Source: Candidatus Aldehydirespirator sp. (GTDB lineage Bacteria > Actinomycetota > Acidimicrobiia > Acidimicrobiales > Aldehydirespiratoraceae). Taken from it: a stretch of 64,000 bases of DNA. The notes beneath the pieces were generated by a model that saw only the letters and a program-made list of their open reading frames with translations, had not been told where the DNA came from and made no database searches. Below, one piece after another: positions 7,934 to 17,174 of the stretch; position 1 is the stretch's first letter; each line of letters opens with the position of its first letter. Both the position numbers and the translations under genes were made by a program. Where the stretch lies: assembly GCA_965205155.1 (NCBI GenBank), contig OZ242033.1, forward strand, positions 2,677,537 to 2,741,536, given 5' to 3'.

Positions 7934-10639
7934 ATGGCCAAGGTGATGCTGATCGACGGCAACTCGCTGGCCTACCGCGCCTTCTTCGCCCTGCCCACCG
8001 ACATGGCGACGGCTTCGGGGCAGATCACCAACGCGGTGTTCGGCTTCACGTCGATGCTCATCAACCTGTGGCGCGACCACGACCCCGACCAGATCGTCGT
8101 CGCCTTCGACCGTCCCGAGCCGACCTTCAGGCACACCCGGGTTCCCAGCTACAAGGGCACCCGCGACGCCGCGCCCGACATCCTGCGCCAGCAGATGGGC
8201 CTGGTGCGCGAGGTTCTCGACGCCCTGGCCGTGCCGATGATCGACGCTCCCGGCTACGAGGCCGACGACGTGATCGCCACCCTGGCCACCGCAGGCCGCG
8301 ACCGCGGCGACGACGTGATCGTGGTGACCGGCGACCGCGACACCTACCAACTGGTGGAGGACCCGCAGGTGAAGGTGCTCTACAACATGCGGGGGGTCTC
8401 GGACTACAAGCTGTACGACGAGGCCGGCATCCTGGACCGCACCGGGGTGCGCCCTGCCGACTATGTGCAGTACGCGGCGCTGAGGGGCGACAGCAGCGAC
8501 AACCTGCCCGGAGTGCCCGGAGTGGGGGAGAAGACCGCCGCGAAGCTGGTGAACGAGAGGGGAGGGCTCGACGGGATCTTCGCCTCCCTGGACGCCCTCA
8601 CCCCCAAGCTGCGGGAGAACCTGGCCGCGGCCGAGGAGCAGGTTCGCACCAACGCCGAGGTGATGCTGCTGGTGCGCGACGTGCCGCTGGAGGACGGGCT
8701 CGACGATCTGGCTCTCGGCGACATCGACGCCGACGCGGTGCGCAAGCTGTTCGACTTCCTGGAGTTCCGGACCCTGCACCGCCGCCTGGCCGATGTGCTG
8801 GGCGACACGCTGGGGGCCGACGAGTCCGCAGACGCAGAATCCGCCGCCAGGACCCTGGACCCGCAAGTGTCGGTGCTGGCCACTACCGCGCCGGCCGTCG
8901 AGGCGCTTCGAGCCGCGGCGATTCCTGAGGCCATCGGCGCACGGTTGGCGCTGGCCACTCCTTCGGCGGGGCTCGACGCCGGCCTGGCCTGGACGGTCGA
9001 CGCCGACGCCGGCCGGGTGGCCTTCGTGCCCGGCGACCTGCTCCACGACCCAGACGTTCGCGATGCGCTGGCAGCGCTCGTCGGCGGCATCTCGAATGCC
9101 GGCGAGGGCAACCGGCCGCTGGCGGTGCACGACGGTAAGGCCCTGATGCGGCCGCTGCTGGACCGGGGCGTCGAGATGCGCGACCCCCTGATCGACACCA
9201 TGCTGGCCGCATACCTGCTCGACCCGGCCGACGTCCGCTACGAGCTGAGCGACGTAGCCAACCGCTACGCGGGAATCGACCCGCCCGCGCACGCCCCGCC
9301 GGAGGGGCGCCTGGACCTCGACGGCGACGCGGTCGAGCCTGCCGAGCAGGCCGCATGGGCGGCGCTGGCCATCGACCGTCTGGTCACGCCCCTGCGCGAG
9401 GCACTGGCCGCGCAGGGCCTCGACCACCTCAACGATGAGGTGGAGGTGCCTCTGGTGAGGGTCCTGGCCCGCATGGAGCACATCGGGATAGGGGTGGACC
9501 GGTCGGTGCTGGAGCGCATCCGCGACGAGCTCGACACCGAGGCCGAGGCGCTGAGGACCCAGGTGCTGGACGACGCCGGGCGCGACATCAACGTCAACTC
9601 CCCCAAGCAGCTGGCCGAGGTCCTGTTCGACGACCTGGGGCTCACCCCCACCAAGCGGACCAAGACCGGGTACTCCACCGACGCCCAGTCCCTGGAGAAG
9701 CTGAGGGGCGAGCACCCCATCGTCGACCACCTGCTCGGCTACCGCGAGGTGGAGAAGCTGCGATCGACCTACGGGGTCGGCCTGGTGGCCGAGGTCGATC
9801 CGGACGAGCGCATCCGGGCCACGTTCAACCAGACGGTCGCCCGCACCGGCCGGCTCAGCTCCGACGCCCCCAACCTTCACAACATCCCGGTGCGCTCTGA
9901 TCGGGGCCGGGTGTTCCGCACCGCCTTCGTGGCGCCGCCGGGCCACAAGCTGCTGGTCGCCGACTACGACCAGATCGAGCTGCGATGCATCGCTCATCTG
10001 GCCGAGGACCCGGGCCTGATCGCCGCCTTCGAGGCCGGCGACGACATCCACACCGCCACCGCGGCCCGAGTGTTCGGCATCGAGGTGTCCGAGGTGGGGG
10101 TGGGGAAGCGGTCGACCGCCAAAATGGTGTCCTACGGGTTGGCCTACGGCATGGAGGCCTACGGGCTGGCCCAACGGCTCAACATCGCCACCGGAGAGGC
10201 GGCCGGGATCCTCGATGCCTACTTCGAAGCCTTCCCCGCGGTGCGCCAGTACATGGACCGGACCGTGGCCGAGGCTCGCAGCCGGGGCTACACCGAGACC
10301 CTGTTCGGCCGGCGCCGTCAGATCCCGGAGCTGGCCAGTCCCAATGTCCGGCTGCGCCAGGCCGGGGAGCGCCAGGCCATGAACGCCGGCATCCAGGGGC
10401 TGGCCGCCGACATCTTCAAGGTGGCGCTGGTGCGCCTCGACCGGGCCCTGGAGGACCAGGGCCTGGCGTCGCGCATCGTGCTCCAGGTCCACGACGAGAT
10501 CATCCTGGAGTCGCCCGACGCAGAGATCGCACCGGCGTCGGATCTGACCCGCGAGGTGATGCGGGGAGCGTTCGAGCTGCGAGTGCCCCTCGAGGTCGAC
10601 CTCCAGGTGGCCAACACCTGGGCCGGGGCCAAGGGCTAG
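7934..10639 (+). CDS. polA: DNA polymerase I
   Basis: DGNSLAYRAFFALP 5'-3' exonuclease; TGRLSS, ADYDQIELR, K..YGLAYG, QVHDE. Confidence 0.98.
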   Translation: MAKVMLIDGNSLAYRAFFALPTDMATASGQITNAVFGFTSMLINLWRDHDPDQIVVAFDRPEPTFRHTRVPSYKGTRDAAPDILRQQMGLVREVLDALAVPMIDAPGYEADDVIATLATAGRDRGDDVIVVTGDRDTYQLVEDPQVKVLYNMRGVSDYKLYDEAGILDRTGVRPADYVQYAALRGDSSDNLPGVPGVGEKTAAKLVNERGGLDGIFASLDALTPKLRENLAAAEEQVRTNAEVMLLVRDVPLEDGLDDLALGDIDADAVRKLFDFLEFRTLHRRLADVLGDTLGADESADAESAARTLDPQVSVLATTAPAVEALRAAAIPEAIGARLALATPSAGLDAGLAWTVDADAGRVAFVPGDLLHDPDVRDALAALVGGISNAGEGNRPLAVHDGKALMRPLLDRGVEMRDPLIDTMLAAYLLDPADVRYELSDVANRYAGIDPPAHAPPEGRLDLDGDAVEPAEQAAWAALAIDRLVTPLREALAAQGLDHLNDEVEVPLVRVLARMEHIGIGVDRSVLERIRDELDTEAEALRTQVLDDAGRDINVNSPKQLAEVLFDDLGLTPTKRTKTGYSTDAQSLEKLRGEHPIVDHLLGYREVEKLRSTYGVGLVAEVDPDERIRATFNQTVARTGRLSSDAPNLHNIPVRSDRGRVFRTAFVAPPGHKLLVADYDQIELRCIAHLAEDPGLIAAFEAGDDIHTATAARVFGIEVSEVGVGKRSTAKMVSYGLAYGMEAYGLAQRLNIATGEAAGILDAYFEAFPAVRQYMDRTVAEARSRGYTETLFGRRRQIPELASPNVRLRQAGERQAMNAGIQGLAADIFKVALVRLDRALEDQGLASRIVLQVHDEIILESPDAEIAPASDLTREVMRGAFELRVPLEVDLQVANTWAGAKG

Positions 10640-10733
10640 CCGAGATCCGGCGCCGACACCGGACTGGTTGACTTCTGGGGCCGGTAGCCTCACTGGGTCC
10701 CTTGACCCCTACCGACCAGCCCGGAAAGACACC

Positions 10734-12143
10734 GTGACCGACACCGCCACCGCCGTCCTCGAACCCCCCGCAACGCCCGAGATGGGCACGTTCGCGGAGG
10801 ACGGCTCCTACATCCCACGCCAGATCGTCGAGGACGACCTCGGCGACATCAGCCTCGACGACGCCTACGCCTCCACCATGGTGGTAGTCGAGGACGGCCA
10901 GATCGTGGAGGGCACGATCGTCCGGATCGACAAGGAAGAGGTCCTGCTCGACATCGGCTACAAGTCCGAGGGCGTCATCCCGGCCCGCGAGCTGAGCATC
11001 CGCCACGACATCGACCCCGGCGACGTCGTCGACATGGGCGAGCGGATCGAGGCCCTGGTCATCACCCGCGAGGACAAGGAGGGCCGGCTGATCCTGTCCA
11101 AGAAGCGGGCCCAGTACGAGCGGGCCTGGGGACGGATCGAGGAGCAGAGGGAGGCCAACGAAGCGGTCAAGGGCATGGTCATCGAAGTGGTCAAGGGCGG
11201 GCTGATCGTCGACATCGGCCTGCGAGGCTTCCTGCCGGCGTCGCTGGTGGAGCTGCGCCGGGTACGCGACCTCCAGCCGTACGTGGGCCGCGAGCTCGAC
11301 GCCAAGATCATCGAGCTCGACAAGAACCGCAACAACGTGGTGCTGAGCCGGCGGGCGTGGCTGGAGGAGACCCAGCGCGAGCAGCGCGAGGCGTTCCTCG
11401 ACAATCTGAGGCCGGGCGAGATCCGCAGCGGCGTGGTGTCGTCGGTCGTGAACTTCGGCGCGTTCGTCGACCTCGGCGGGATGGACGGCCTGGTGCACGT
11501 CTCCGAGCTGTCCTGGAAGCACGTCGACCACCCCAGCGCGGTGGTGTCGGCCGGCGACCGCATCGACGTGCAGGTTCTGGAGGTCGACCTGGAGCGGGAG
11601 CGCATCAGCCTGTCGCTCAAGGCCACCCAGCAGGATCCGTGGCAGGAGTTCGCGGCCAGCCACCGGGTGGGGGAGTTGGTGTACGGCCGCATCACCAAGC
11701 TGGTGCCGTTCGGGTCGTTCGTTCAGGTCGGCGACGGCATCGAGGGCCTGGTGCACATCTCGGAGATGTCAGCCCACCATGTGGAGCTGCCCGAGCAGGT
11801 GGTGACCCCCGGCGAGGAGCTGTGGGTGAAGATCATCGACCTCGACCTGCAGCGCCGCCGCATCAGCCTGTCGATCAAGCAGGCCGCCGAGGGCGGGGTG
11901 GTCGCGGCCGAGTACCAGGAGCATTTCGGCGACCACGCCTACGACGAAGAGGGCAACTACATCGGCACCGGCGATTCCGAGGGCCAGCAGGCCTGGGAGG
12001 ACTACTACTCCGGTGACGCCGACTCGGAGGAGACTGCGGACGCGAATGAGACCGCAGAGATGGCTGAGGCGGCCGGTGAGAGCGACGCTGCCGATCACGA
12101 CGCCCCTGCCGACGAGTTCGTCGCAGCCGCCGACGAGAGCTGA
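10734..12143 (+). CDS. rpsA: 30S ribosomal protein S1
   Basis: Four S1 repeats (DIGYKSEG, GLRGFLPASL, GAFVDLGGMDGLVHVSEL, EGLVHISEM); acidic tail; GTG 10734 follows GGAAAG. Confidence 0.95.
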   Translation: MTDTATAVLEPPATPEMGTFAEDGSYIPRQIVEDDLGDISLDDAYASTMVVVEDGQIVEGTIVRIDKEEVLLDIGYKSEGVIPARELSIRHDIDPGDVVDMGERIEALVITREDKEGRLILSKKRAQYERAWGRIEEQREANEAVKGMVIEVVKGGLIVDIGLRGFLPASLVELRRVRDLQPYVGRELDAKIIELDKNRNNVVLSRRAWLEETQREQREAFLDNLRPGEIRSGVVSSVVNFGAFVDLGGMDGLVHVSELSWKHVDHPSAVVSAGDRIDVQVLEVDLERERISLSLKATQQDPWQEFAASHRVGELVYGRITKLVPFGSFVQVGDGIEGLVHISEMSAHHVELPEQVVTPGEELWVKIIDLDLQRRRISLSIKQAAEGGVVAAEYQEHFGDHAYDEEGNYIGTGDSEGQQAWEDYYSGDADSEETADANETAEMAEAAGESDAADHDAPADEFVAAADES

Positions 12144-12146
12144 GTT

Positions 12147-12767
12147 CTGCCCGAGATCGCACTGACAGGGGGGATCGGCGCCGGAAAGTCGACAGTGGGC
12201 GCCGGACTGGTCGAGCGGGGCGCGGTCCTCATAGATGCCGACCGGATCGTCCGTGACCTCCAGCAGCCGGGCGAGCCGGTCTTCGAGGCCATGGTGCAGC
12301 GTTGGGGACCGGCGGTAGTGGCACCCGACGGCACCCTGGACCGGGCTGCGGTCGCCGAGGTGGTGTTCAACGACGCCGACGAGTTGGCCGCGCTCAACGC
12401 CATCGTCCATCCAGCGGTGGGCAAGGAGATGGCGGCGCGACGGGCTGCCGCGGCCGCGAAGTCGCCCGACGCCGTCGTGGTGCTCGACATCCCGCTGCTG
12501 GTCCGCCCCGACGGCGAGCCCATCGCCGACCGATACCGGGGCCTGTCCGGCATCGTGGTGGTGGACACCGACCCTGAATTGGCGGTGTGGCGCCTCGTGG
12601 CCCAGCGGGGCCTGTCCGAGGACGACGCCCGGGCCCGCATCCTGAGCCAGGCCGACCGCGAGTCCCGCCTGGCTGTGGCCGACTTCGTGATCAACAACGA
12701 CGGCTCACTGGACGAACTGGAGCCCCAGATCGACGCCTGCTACCGCTGGGCCGCCTCGCTCGGCTGA
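12147..12767 (+). CDS. coaE: Dephospho-CoA kinase (probable CTG start)
   Basis: The P-loop ALTGGIGAGKST is encoded upstream of the track's GTG 12195; DAD, IVHPAV, DIPLL, ADFVINN; rpsA-coaE-uvrB synteny. Confidence 0.9.
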   Translation: MPEIALTGGIGAGKSTVGAGLVERGAVLIDADRIVRDLQQPGEPVFEAMVQRWGPAVVAPDGTLDRAAVAEVVFNDADELAALNAIVHPAVGKEMAARRAAAAAKSPDAVVVLDIPLLVRPDGEPIADRYRGLSGIVVVDTDPELAVWRLVAQRGLSEDDARARILSQADRESRLAVADFVINNDGSLDELEPQIDACYRWAASLG

Positions 12768-12797
12768 CCGGCGGGCGCGCCGTTAGCATCGCGACTG

Positions 12798-14870
12798 ATG
12801 CCGCCGGTGACCGTGCCCAGCGACCGGCGGGCCTTCGAGGTGGTGGCCCCGTTCGAGCCCGCCGGCGACCAGCCCAAGGCCATCGAGGCGCTGGCCGCGG
12901 GAGTGGCCGACGGGCATCCCTTCCAGACGCTGCTGGGCATCACCGGGTCGGGCAAGAGCGCCACCATCGCCTGGACCATCGAGCGGGCCCAGCGGCCCAC
13001 GCTGGTGCTGGCCCCCAACAAGTCGCTGGCCGCCCAGCTGGCCAACGAGCTGCGGGAGCTGTTCCCGCACAACCGGGTGGAGTACTTCGTCAGCTACTAC
13101 GACTACTACCAGCCCGAGGCCTACATGCCGGCCAGCGACACCTACATCGAGAAGGACTCGTCGGTGAACGACGAGATCGACCGGCTCCGCCACTCCGCCA
13201 CCTCGGCGCTGCTCACCCGCCGGGACACCATCGTCGTGGCGTCGGTTTCGGCCATCTACGGGCTCGGCTCCCCCGAGGAGTACGAGACCCAGCTGCTGGT
13301 GCTGAACCGGGGAGGGACCTACGACCAGCGCTCGATCCTGCGCCGGCTGGTGGACATGCAGTACGAGCGCAACGACATGAACCTCACCCGGGGCAAGTTC
13401 CGGGTCAGGGGCGACACCATCGAGGTCCACCGGGCCTACGACGAGACCGCGGTCCGCATCGAGCTGTTCGGTGACGAGGTGGACCGCATCACGGTGGTCG
13501 ACCCGCTCACCGGCGAGCGGCTGGAGACCCTGGAGGACCTGGTGGTGTTCCCCGCCACCCACTACGCCACCACCGCCGAGCGCATGGAGAAGGCCATCGG
13601 TCGGATCGAGGTCGAGCTGGCCGAGCGGCTGGCCCACTTCGAGGCCGAGGGCAAGCTGCTCGAGGCCCAGCGCCTGCAGATGCGCACCAGCTACGACCTC
13701 GAGATGATGGCCGAGCTGGGCTACTGCAACGGCATCGAGAACTACTCGGCGCCCATCGACGGGCGGGGCCCGGGGGAGTCGCCGTACACGCTGCTCGACT
13801 ACTTCCCCTTCGACTTCCTGATGGTGATCGACGAGTCGCACGTGGCCGTGCCGCAGCTGCACGGCCAGTACGAGGGCGACCGCAGCCGCAAGGAGACCCT
13901 GATCGAGCACGGCTTCCGGCTGCCGTCGGCGGCCGACAACCGGCCGCTGCGCTTCGACGAGGTGATGACCCGGCTCAACCAGGTCATCTTCATGTCGGCC
14001 ACGCCCGGCGACTACGAGCTGGACGTGTCCGAGCAGGTGGTGGAGCAGATCGTGCGTCCGACCGGGCTGGTCGACCCCGAGGTGGTGGTCAAGCCGACCA
14101 AGGGCCAGATCGACGACCTGCACGAGCTGATCGGCCAGCGGGTGGAGCAGGGCCAGCGGGTGCTGGTGACGACGCTCACCAAGAAGATGGCCGAGGACCT
14201 CACTGACTACCTGCTGGAACTCGGGCTGCGGGTGCGGTACCTGCACAGCGAGGTGGACACGGTGCGCCGCATCGAGATCCTGCGGGATCTGAGACTGGGG
14301 GAGTTCGACGTGCTGGTGGGGATCAACCTGCTGCGGGAGGGACTGGACCTGCCCGAGGTGTCGCTGGTGGCCATCCTCGACGCCGACAAGGAGGGGTTCC
14401 TGCGCAGCGAGACGTCGCTGATCCAGACCATCGGGCGGGCGGCCCGCAACGTCGACGGCCAGGTGGTGATGTACGCCGACGTGGTCACCGACTCGATGCG
14501 GCGGGCCATCTCGGAGACGATGCGGCGCCGGGGCCTGCAGGAGGCCCACAACGAGGCCCACGGGATCGACCCGACCACCATCCGCAAGGCGGTCACCGAC
14601 ATCCTGGCCATGATCCGCCCCGACCGTGACGGTGCGCCGTTGCCCGATGCTGATGTGGGCGGCGAGCGCGGGGGTGGGCTGGCCGAGGCCCGCCGGCGGC
14701 GCGACGGGCCGGACCTGGGCGAGCTGCCCGACGCCGAGTTGGAGCGCCTGATCCGCACCCTGGACGAGGAGATGCGCGAGGCCGCCGCCGATCTGCGCTT
14801 CGAGTACGCCGCGAGGCTGCGGGACGAGATCAAGGACCTGCGCCGGGAACTGGCCGAAATCCGCGGCTAG
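12798..14870 (+). CDS. uvrB: Excinuclease ABC subunit B
   Basis: [40 protein letters not shown]-terminal UVR domain. Confidence 0.98.
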   Translation: MPPVTVPSDRRAFEVVAPFEPAGDQPKAIEALAAGVADGHPFQTLLGITGSGKSATIAWTIERAQRPTLVLAPNKSLAAQLANELRELFPHNRVEYFVSYYDYYQPEAYMPASDTYIEKDSSVNDEIDRLRHSATSALLTRRDTIVVASVSAIYGLGSPEEYETQLLVLNRGGTYDQRSILRRLVDMQYERNDMNLTRGKFRVRGDTIEVHRAYDETAVRIELFGDEVDRITVVDPLTGERLETLEDLVVFPATHYATTAERMEKAIGRIEVELAERLAHFEAEGKLLEAQRLQMRTSYDLEMMAELGYCNGIENYSAPIDGRGPGESPYTLLDYFPFDFLMVIDESHVAVPQLHGQYEGDRSRKETLIEHGFRLPSAADNRPLRFDEVMTRLNQVIFMSATPGDYELDVSEQVVEQIVRPTGLVDPEVVVKPTKGQIDDLHELIGQRVEQGQRVLVTTLTKKMAEDLTDYLLELGLRVRYLHSEVDTVRRIEILRDLRLGEFDVLVGINLLREGLDLPEVSLVAILDADKEGFLRSETSLIQTIGRAARNVDGQVVMYADVVTDSMRRAISETMRRRGLQEAHNEAHGIDPTTIRKAVTDILAMIRPDRDGAPLPDADVGGERGGGLAEARRRRDGPDLGELPDAELERLIRTLDEEMREAAADLRFEYAARLRDEIKDLRRELAEIRG

Positions 14871-14885
14871 GCGGCCGGCTGCGAG

Positions 14886-15329
14886 TCAGGTTGCTTCGAA
14901 GATCTCGGCTCCCGACCAGCAGAGCACCGCGACGGGATCCACGGCGATGCCGCCGCCGCAGGTGCATCTCGGCCGCTCGTCGTCGAGGAGCCGGCCCTCG
15001 GTGTCCCAGAGCTGCAGCGTGTGCTCGCGTACGGGTTCGCGCACGACTCTGAGCCAGCGTCCCCGGCCCCTGGCCGTGAGCGCCTCGACCAGCGCTGAGA
15101 CCATGTCCGGTGGCGCGGGCTCGTTGGTCTTGATGCAGTAGAAGGTGCCGCCGATCCCGAGCTCGTGGGGACCGTCCTCGTACTTGTCGAGGTAGTCCAC
15201 GGCGCGCTGCGGGTCGTAGTCCGGCGGCGGCACGCCGTCGAGCGTCAGGGTCTGGCGTCCGTCGGTCCGCATCGCATACAAGTTCACCGCGACCCACGAC
15301 TCGCGTGCGAAGGGAATTGTGCCCGTCAT
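14886..15329 (-). CDS. Hypothetical protein (147 aa)
   Basis: Strong RBS GAGGAGG before ATG 15329; genome-like codon usage; no family recognised; RCTCG near the C-terminus. Confidence 0.6.
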   Translation of the reverse strand: MTGTIPFARESWVAVNLYAMRTDGRQTLTLDGVPPPDYDPQRAVDYLDKYEDGPHELGIGGTFYCIKTNEPAPPDMVSALVEALTARGRGRWLRVVREPVREHTLQLWDTEGRLLDDERPRCTCGGGIAVDPVAVLCWSGAEIFEAT

Positions 15330-15393
15330 CGGTGCCTCCTCCTCAGATCTCCAGCGATTATCAGGATATATCACTGAAATAACATAACAATGC

Positions 15394-15423
15394 TTGACAA
15401 GTGTCACACCCCTATGGCATGAT
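15394..15423 (+). promoter_or_regulatory. Promoter of the HNH gene with a PafBC/RecA-NDp-like element
   Basis: TTGACA 15394-15399; TGTCAC (15402-15407)-N10-CATGAT (15418-15423); 6 nt to ATG 15430. Confidence 0.6.
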
Positions 15424-15429
15424 GTGAGC

Positions 15430-16719
15430 ATGGCATTGGAAGCTGCTCAGCGGGTGCGGGAGGGGTTGGCGGAGTTGATCCGTCTGGTCAACTCCGGGGG
15501 CGCGTCGACGTCGGACGCCCGGTGGGTGCTTTCGGAGTCGAGAGCCTTCGCTGCCCAAGTGGCGGTGCTGCAGGCTGACGCGGCCGCGCTGGTCGCAGCC
15601 GGTGAGCAGCACGGAGATGGCGGGGCCGGGGTGCTGGCCCAGGCTGCGGGCCTTTCTAGGCGCGATGCAGCAGGGCAGGTCAAGGCGGTGGGGAAGCTGC
15701 AGTCGATGCCCGGCGTGCGAGATGCCCTGACGGAGGGGGAGATCCCGCTGGCAAACGCCAAGACCCTGGCGCGGGCCTCGGAGAGCACCAGCGCCTCTCA
15801 GGTTGAGCGGGATGAGAATCTGCTGGAGAAGGCTGCCTCGCTGTCGCCGGAGCAGTTCGCCCGGGAGACGGGTCGCTGGGTCGCGCAGCGCCAGGACGAC
15901 GGGGGCGAAGGCGAGTACCGGCGCAAGAGGGCGCGGCGACGGCTGAGCTTCTGGGACGGCGATGACGGGATGGTGCATCTGCGGGGTGAGTTCGACCCGG
16001 TGACCGGCGCCAAGGTGCACAAGAGGTTCCTGTTGGAGGCCGAACGGCTGCGACGCCACGACCTCAAGAATCCCGGCGGCGAGAAGCGGAGCCTGGACCA
16101 GCGAATGGCTGATGCGTTGGACACGCTGACTGCGACTGGCCGCAGCGAGGGGAGCAAGGGAGCACCCTCGCCTGACGTAGCCCTCGTGCAGCACTTGAGC
16201 CCTGACGGCGACAAGGCGTTCGCCGAGGTCGCCGGCGGGGGAGTGATCCCTCAGAGTGTGCTCGAGGAGCACTTCTGCAACGCCAGGATCGTGGGGGTCG
16301 TGTACAGCAGCAAGGGCGTGCCGCTGTGGCGGGGTCCTGCGCTGCCACGGCCCACCAAGGCCCAGATGGACGCGCTGATCGCCCGCTACGGCGGCTGCCC
16401 GGGATGCGGTGAGCACTACGCGGTGTGCCAAGCCCACCACATCCGGCCCAGGTCCCAGGGCGGACCGACCGACATCGACAATTTGATGCTGCTGTGCTGG
16501 GGATGCCACGACAAGGTCCACCACCACGGCTGGCGGGTCGTGCCCAGTGGAGACCTCTACACCATCGCGCCCCCGGAGCGGATCCGCTACGGCCCGGCTC
16601 GCGCCCCCGACCCGCCGCCGATCAACAGCCCGCCCAGGGTGCGGCGCCGGGCCGGCACGTCCAGTCGCCTGTCCAGGGTGCCCAATGTCGAAGCCGAACC
16701 GCTCCTCGCGGTCACCTAG
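15430..16719 (+). CDS. DUF222 + HNH endonuclease (13E12-repeat-like family)
   Basis: Helical N-terminus (ALTEGEIPLANA, DGMVHLRGEFDPVTG, QRMADAL); HNH CPGC..CQAHHI..GGPTDIDNLMLLCWGCHDKVH. Confidence 0.85.
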   Translation: MALEAAQRVREGLAELIRLVNSGGASTSDARWVLSESRAFAAQVAVLQADAAALVAAGEQHGDGGAGVLAQAAGLSRRDAAGQVKAVGKLQSMPGVRDALTEGEIPLANAKTLARASESTSASQVERDENLLEKAASLSPEQFARETGRWVAQRQDDGGEGEYRRKRARRRLSFWDGDDGMVHLRGEFDPVTGAKVHKRFLLEAERLRRHDLKNPGGEKRSLDQRMADALDTLTATGRSEGSKGAPSPDVALVQHLSPDGDKAFAEVAGGGVIPQSVLEEHFCNARIVGVVYSSKGVPLWRGPALPRPTKAQMDALIARYGGCPGCGEHYAVCQAHHIRPRSQGGPTDIDNLMLLCWGCHDKVHHHGWRVVPSGDLYTIAPPERIRYGPARAPDPPPINSPPRVRRRAGTSSRLSRVPNVEAEPLLAVT

Positions 16720-16726
16720 GGCTGAG

Positions 16727-17167
16727 ATGCACTGGAGGGATGCCGCTGAGCAGGTTGAAGCCGGACTCGCGACGATGCTGGCGTGGGCGGCGGGCGACCT
16801 CGTGACTGTCGCCGAGATGCTGAGGGCGTCCGACCTGGTCTCATCCAGCGCAGCGAGGATGGTGAGTCTCGCCAGGATCGAGGGCGCCTCGATCGAGGAG
16901 CTTCAGGAAATCGTGCAGGCTTGCCGAGCCATCTCGGCGAGGGCGGCCTTGTTCGACGTGCGAGTGCGGGCGCTCCTGGCGATGATGCCCGGTCTGGCCA
17001 ACGTTCGAGATGTCACTGCGATTCCAAGTGTGGCCGCGATCCAACATGTGGCCGCGATCCGACATGGGGCGGTGAAACAAGATGTGGCCGTGATGCGACG
17101 TGAGGCCGCGACAAGAGATGCGGCAGCGATTCGAAATGAGGGCATAGGCAACCGCGCGGTGGCATGA
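16727..17167 (+). CDS. Hypothetical protein with a C-terminal hexapeptide repeat
   Basis: ORF starts 7 nt after the HNH stop; helical; ends in DVTAIP/SVAAIQ/HVAAIR/HGAVKQ/DVAVMR/REAATR/DAAAIR. Confidence 0.4.
   Translation: MHWRDAAEQVEAGLATMLAWAAGDLVTVAEMLRASDLVSSSAARMVSLARIEGASIEELQEIVQACRAISARAALFDVRVRALLAMMPGLANVRDVTAIPSVAAIQHVAAIRHGAVKQDVAVMRREAATRDAAAIRNEGIGNRAVA
17009..17134 (+). repeat. Degenerate 18-bp tandem repeat, 7 copies
   Basis: gatgtcactgcgattcca, agtgtggccgcgatccaa, catgtggccgcgatccga, catggggcggtgaaacaa, gatgtggccgtgatgcga, cgtgaggccgcgacaaga, gatgcggcagcgattcga. Confidence 0.7.
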
Positions 17168-17174
17168 TCGGAGC

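Noticed and set aside
12760-12800. PafBC or LexA motif at the uvrB (and polA) promoter
   Set aside because: Only a -10-like hexamer is present; there is no TGTC-N12 element or CGAAC-N4-GTTCG at the expected spacing.
17009-17134. 18-bp periodic array as a CRISPR or TIGR guide array
   Set aside because: No constant-repeat/variable-spacer alternation, and the neighbouring HNH protein shows no recognisable Nop or Cas domain. Kept only as a low-interest repeat.
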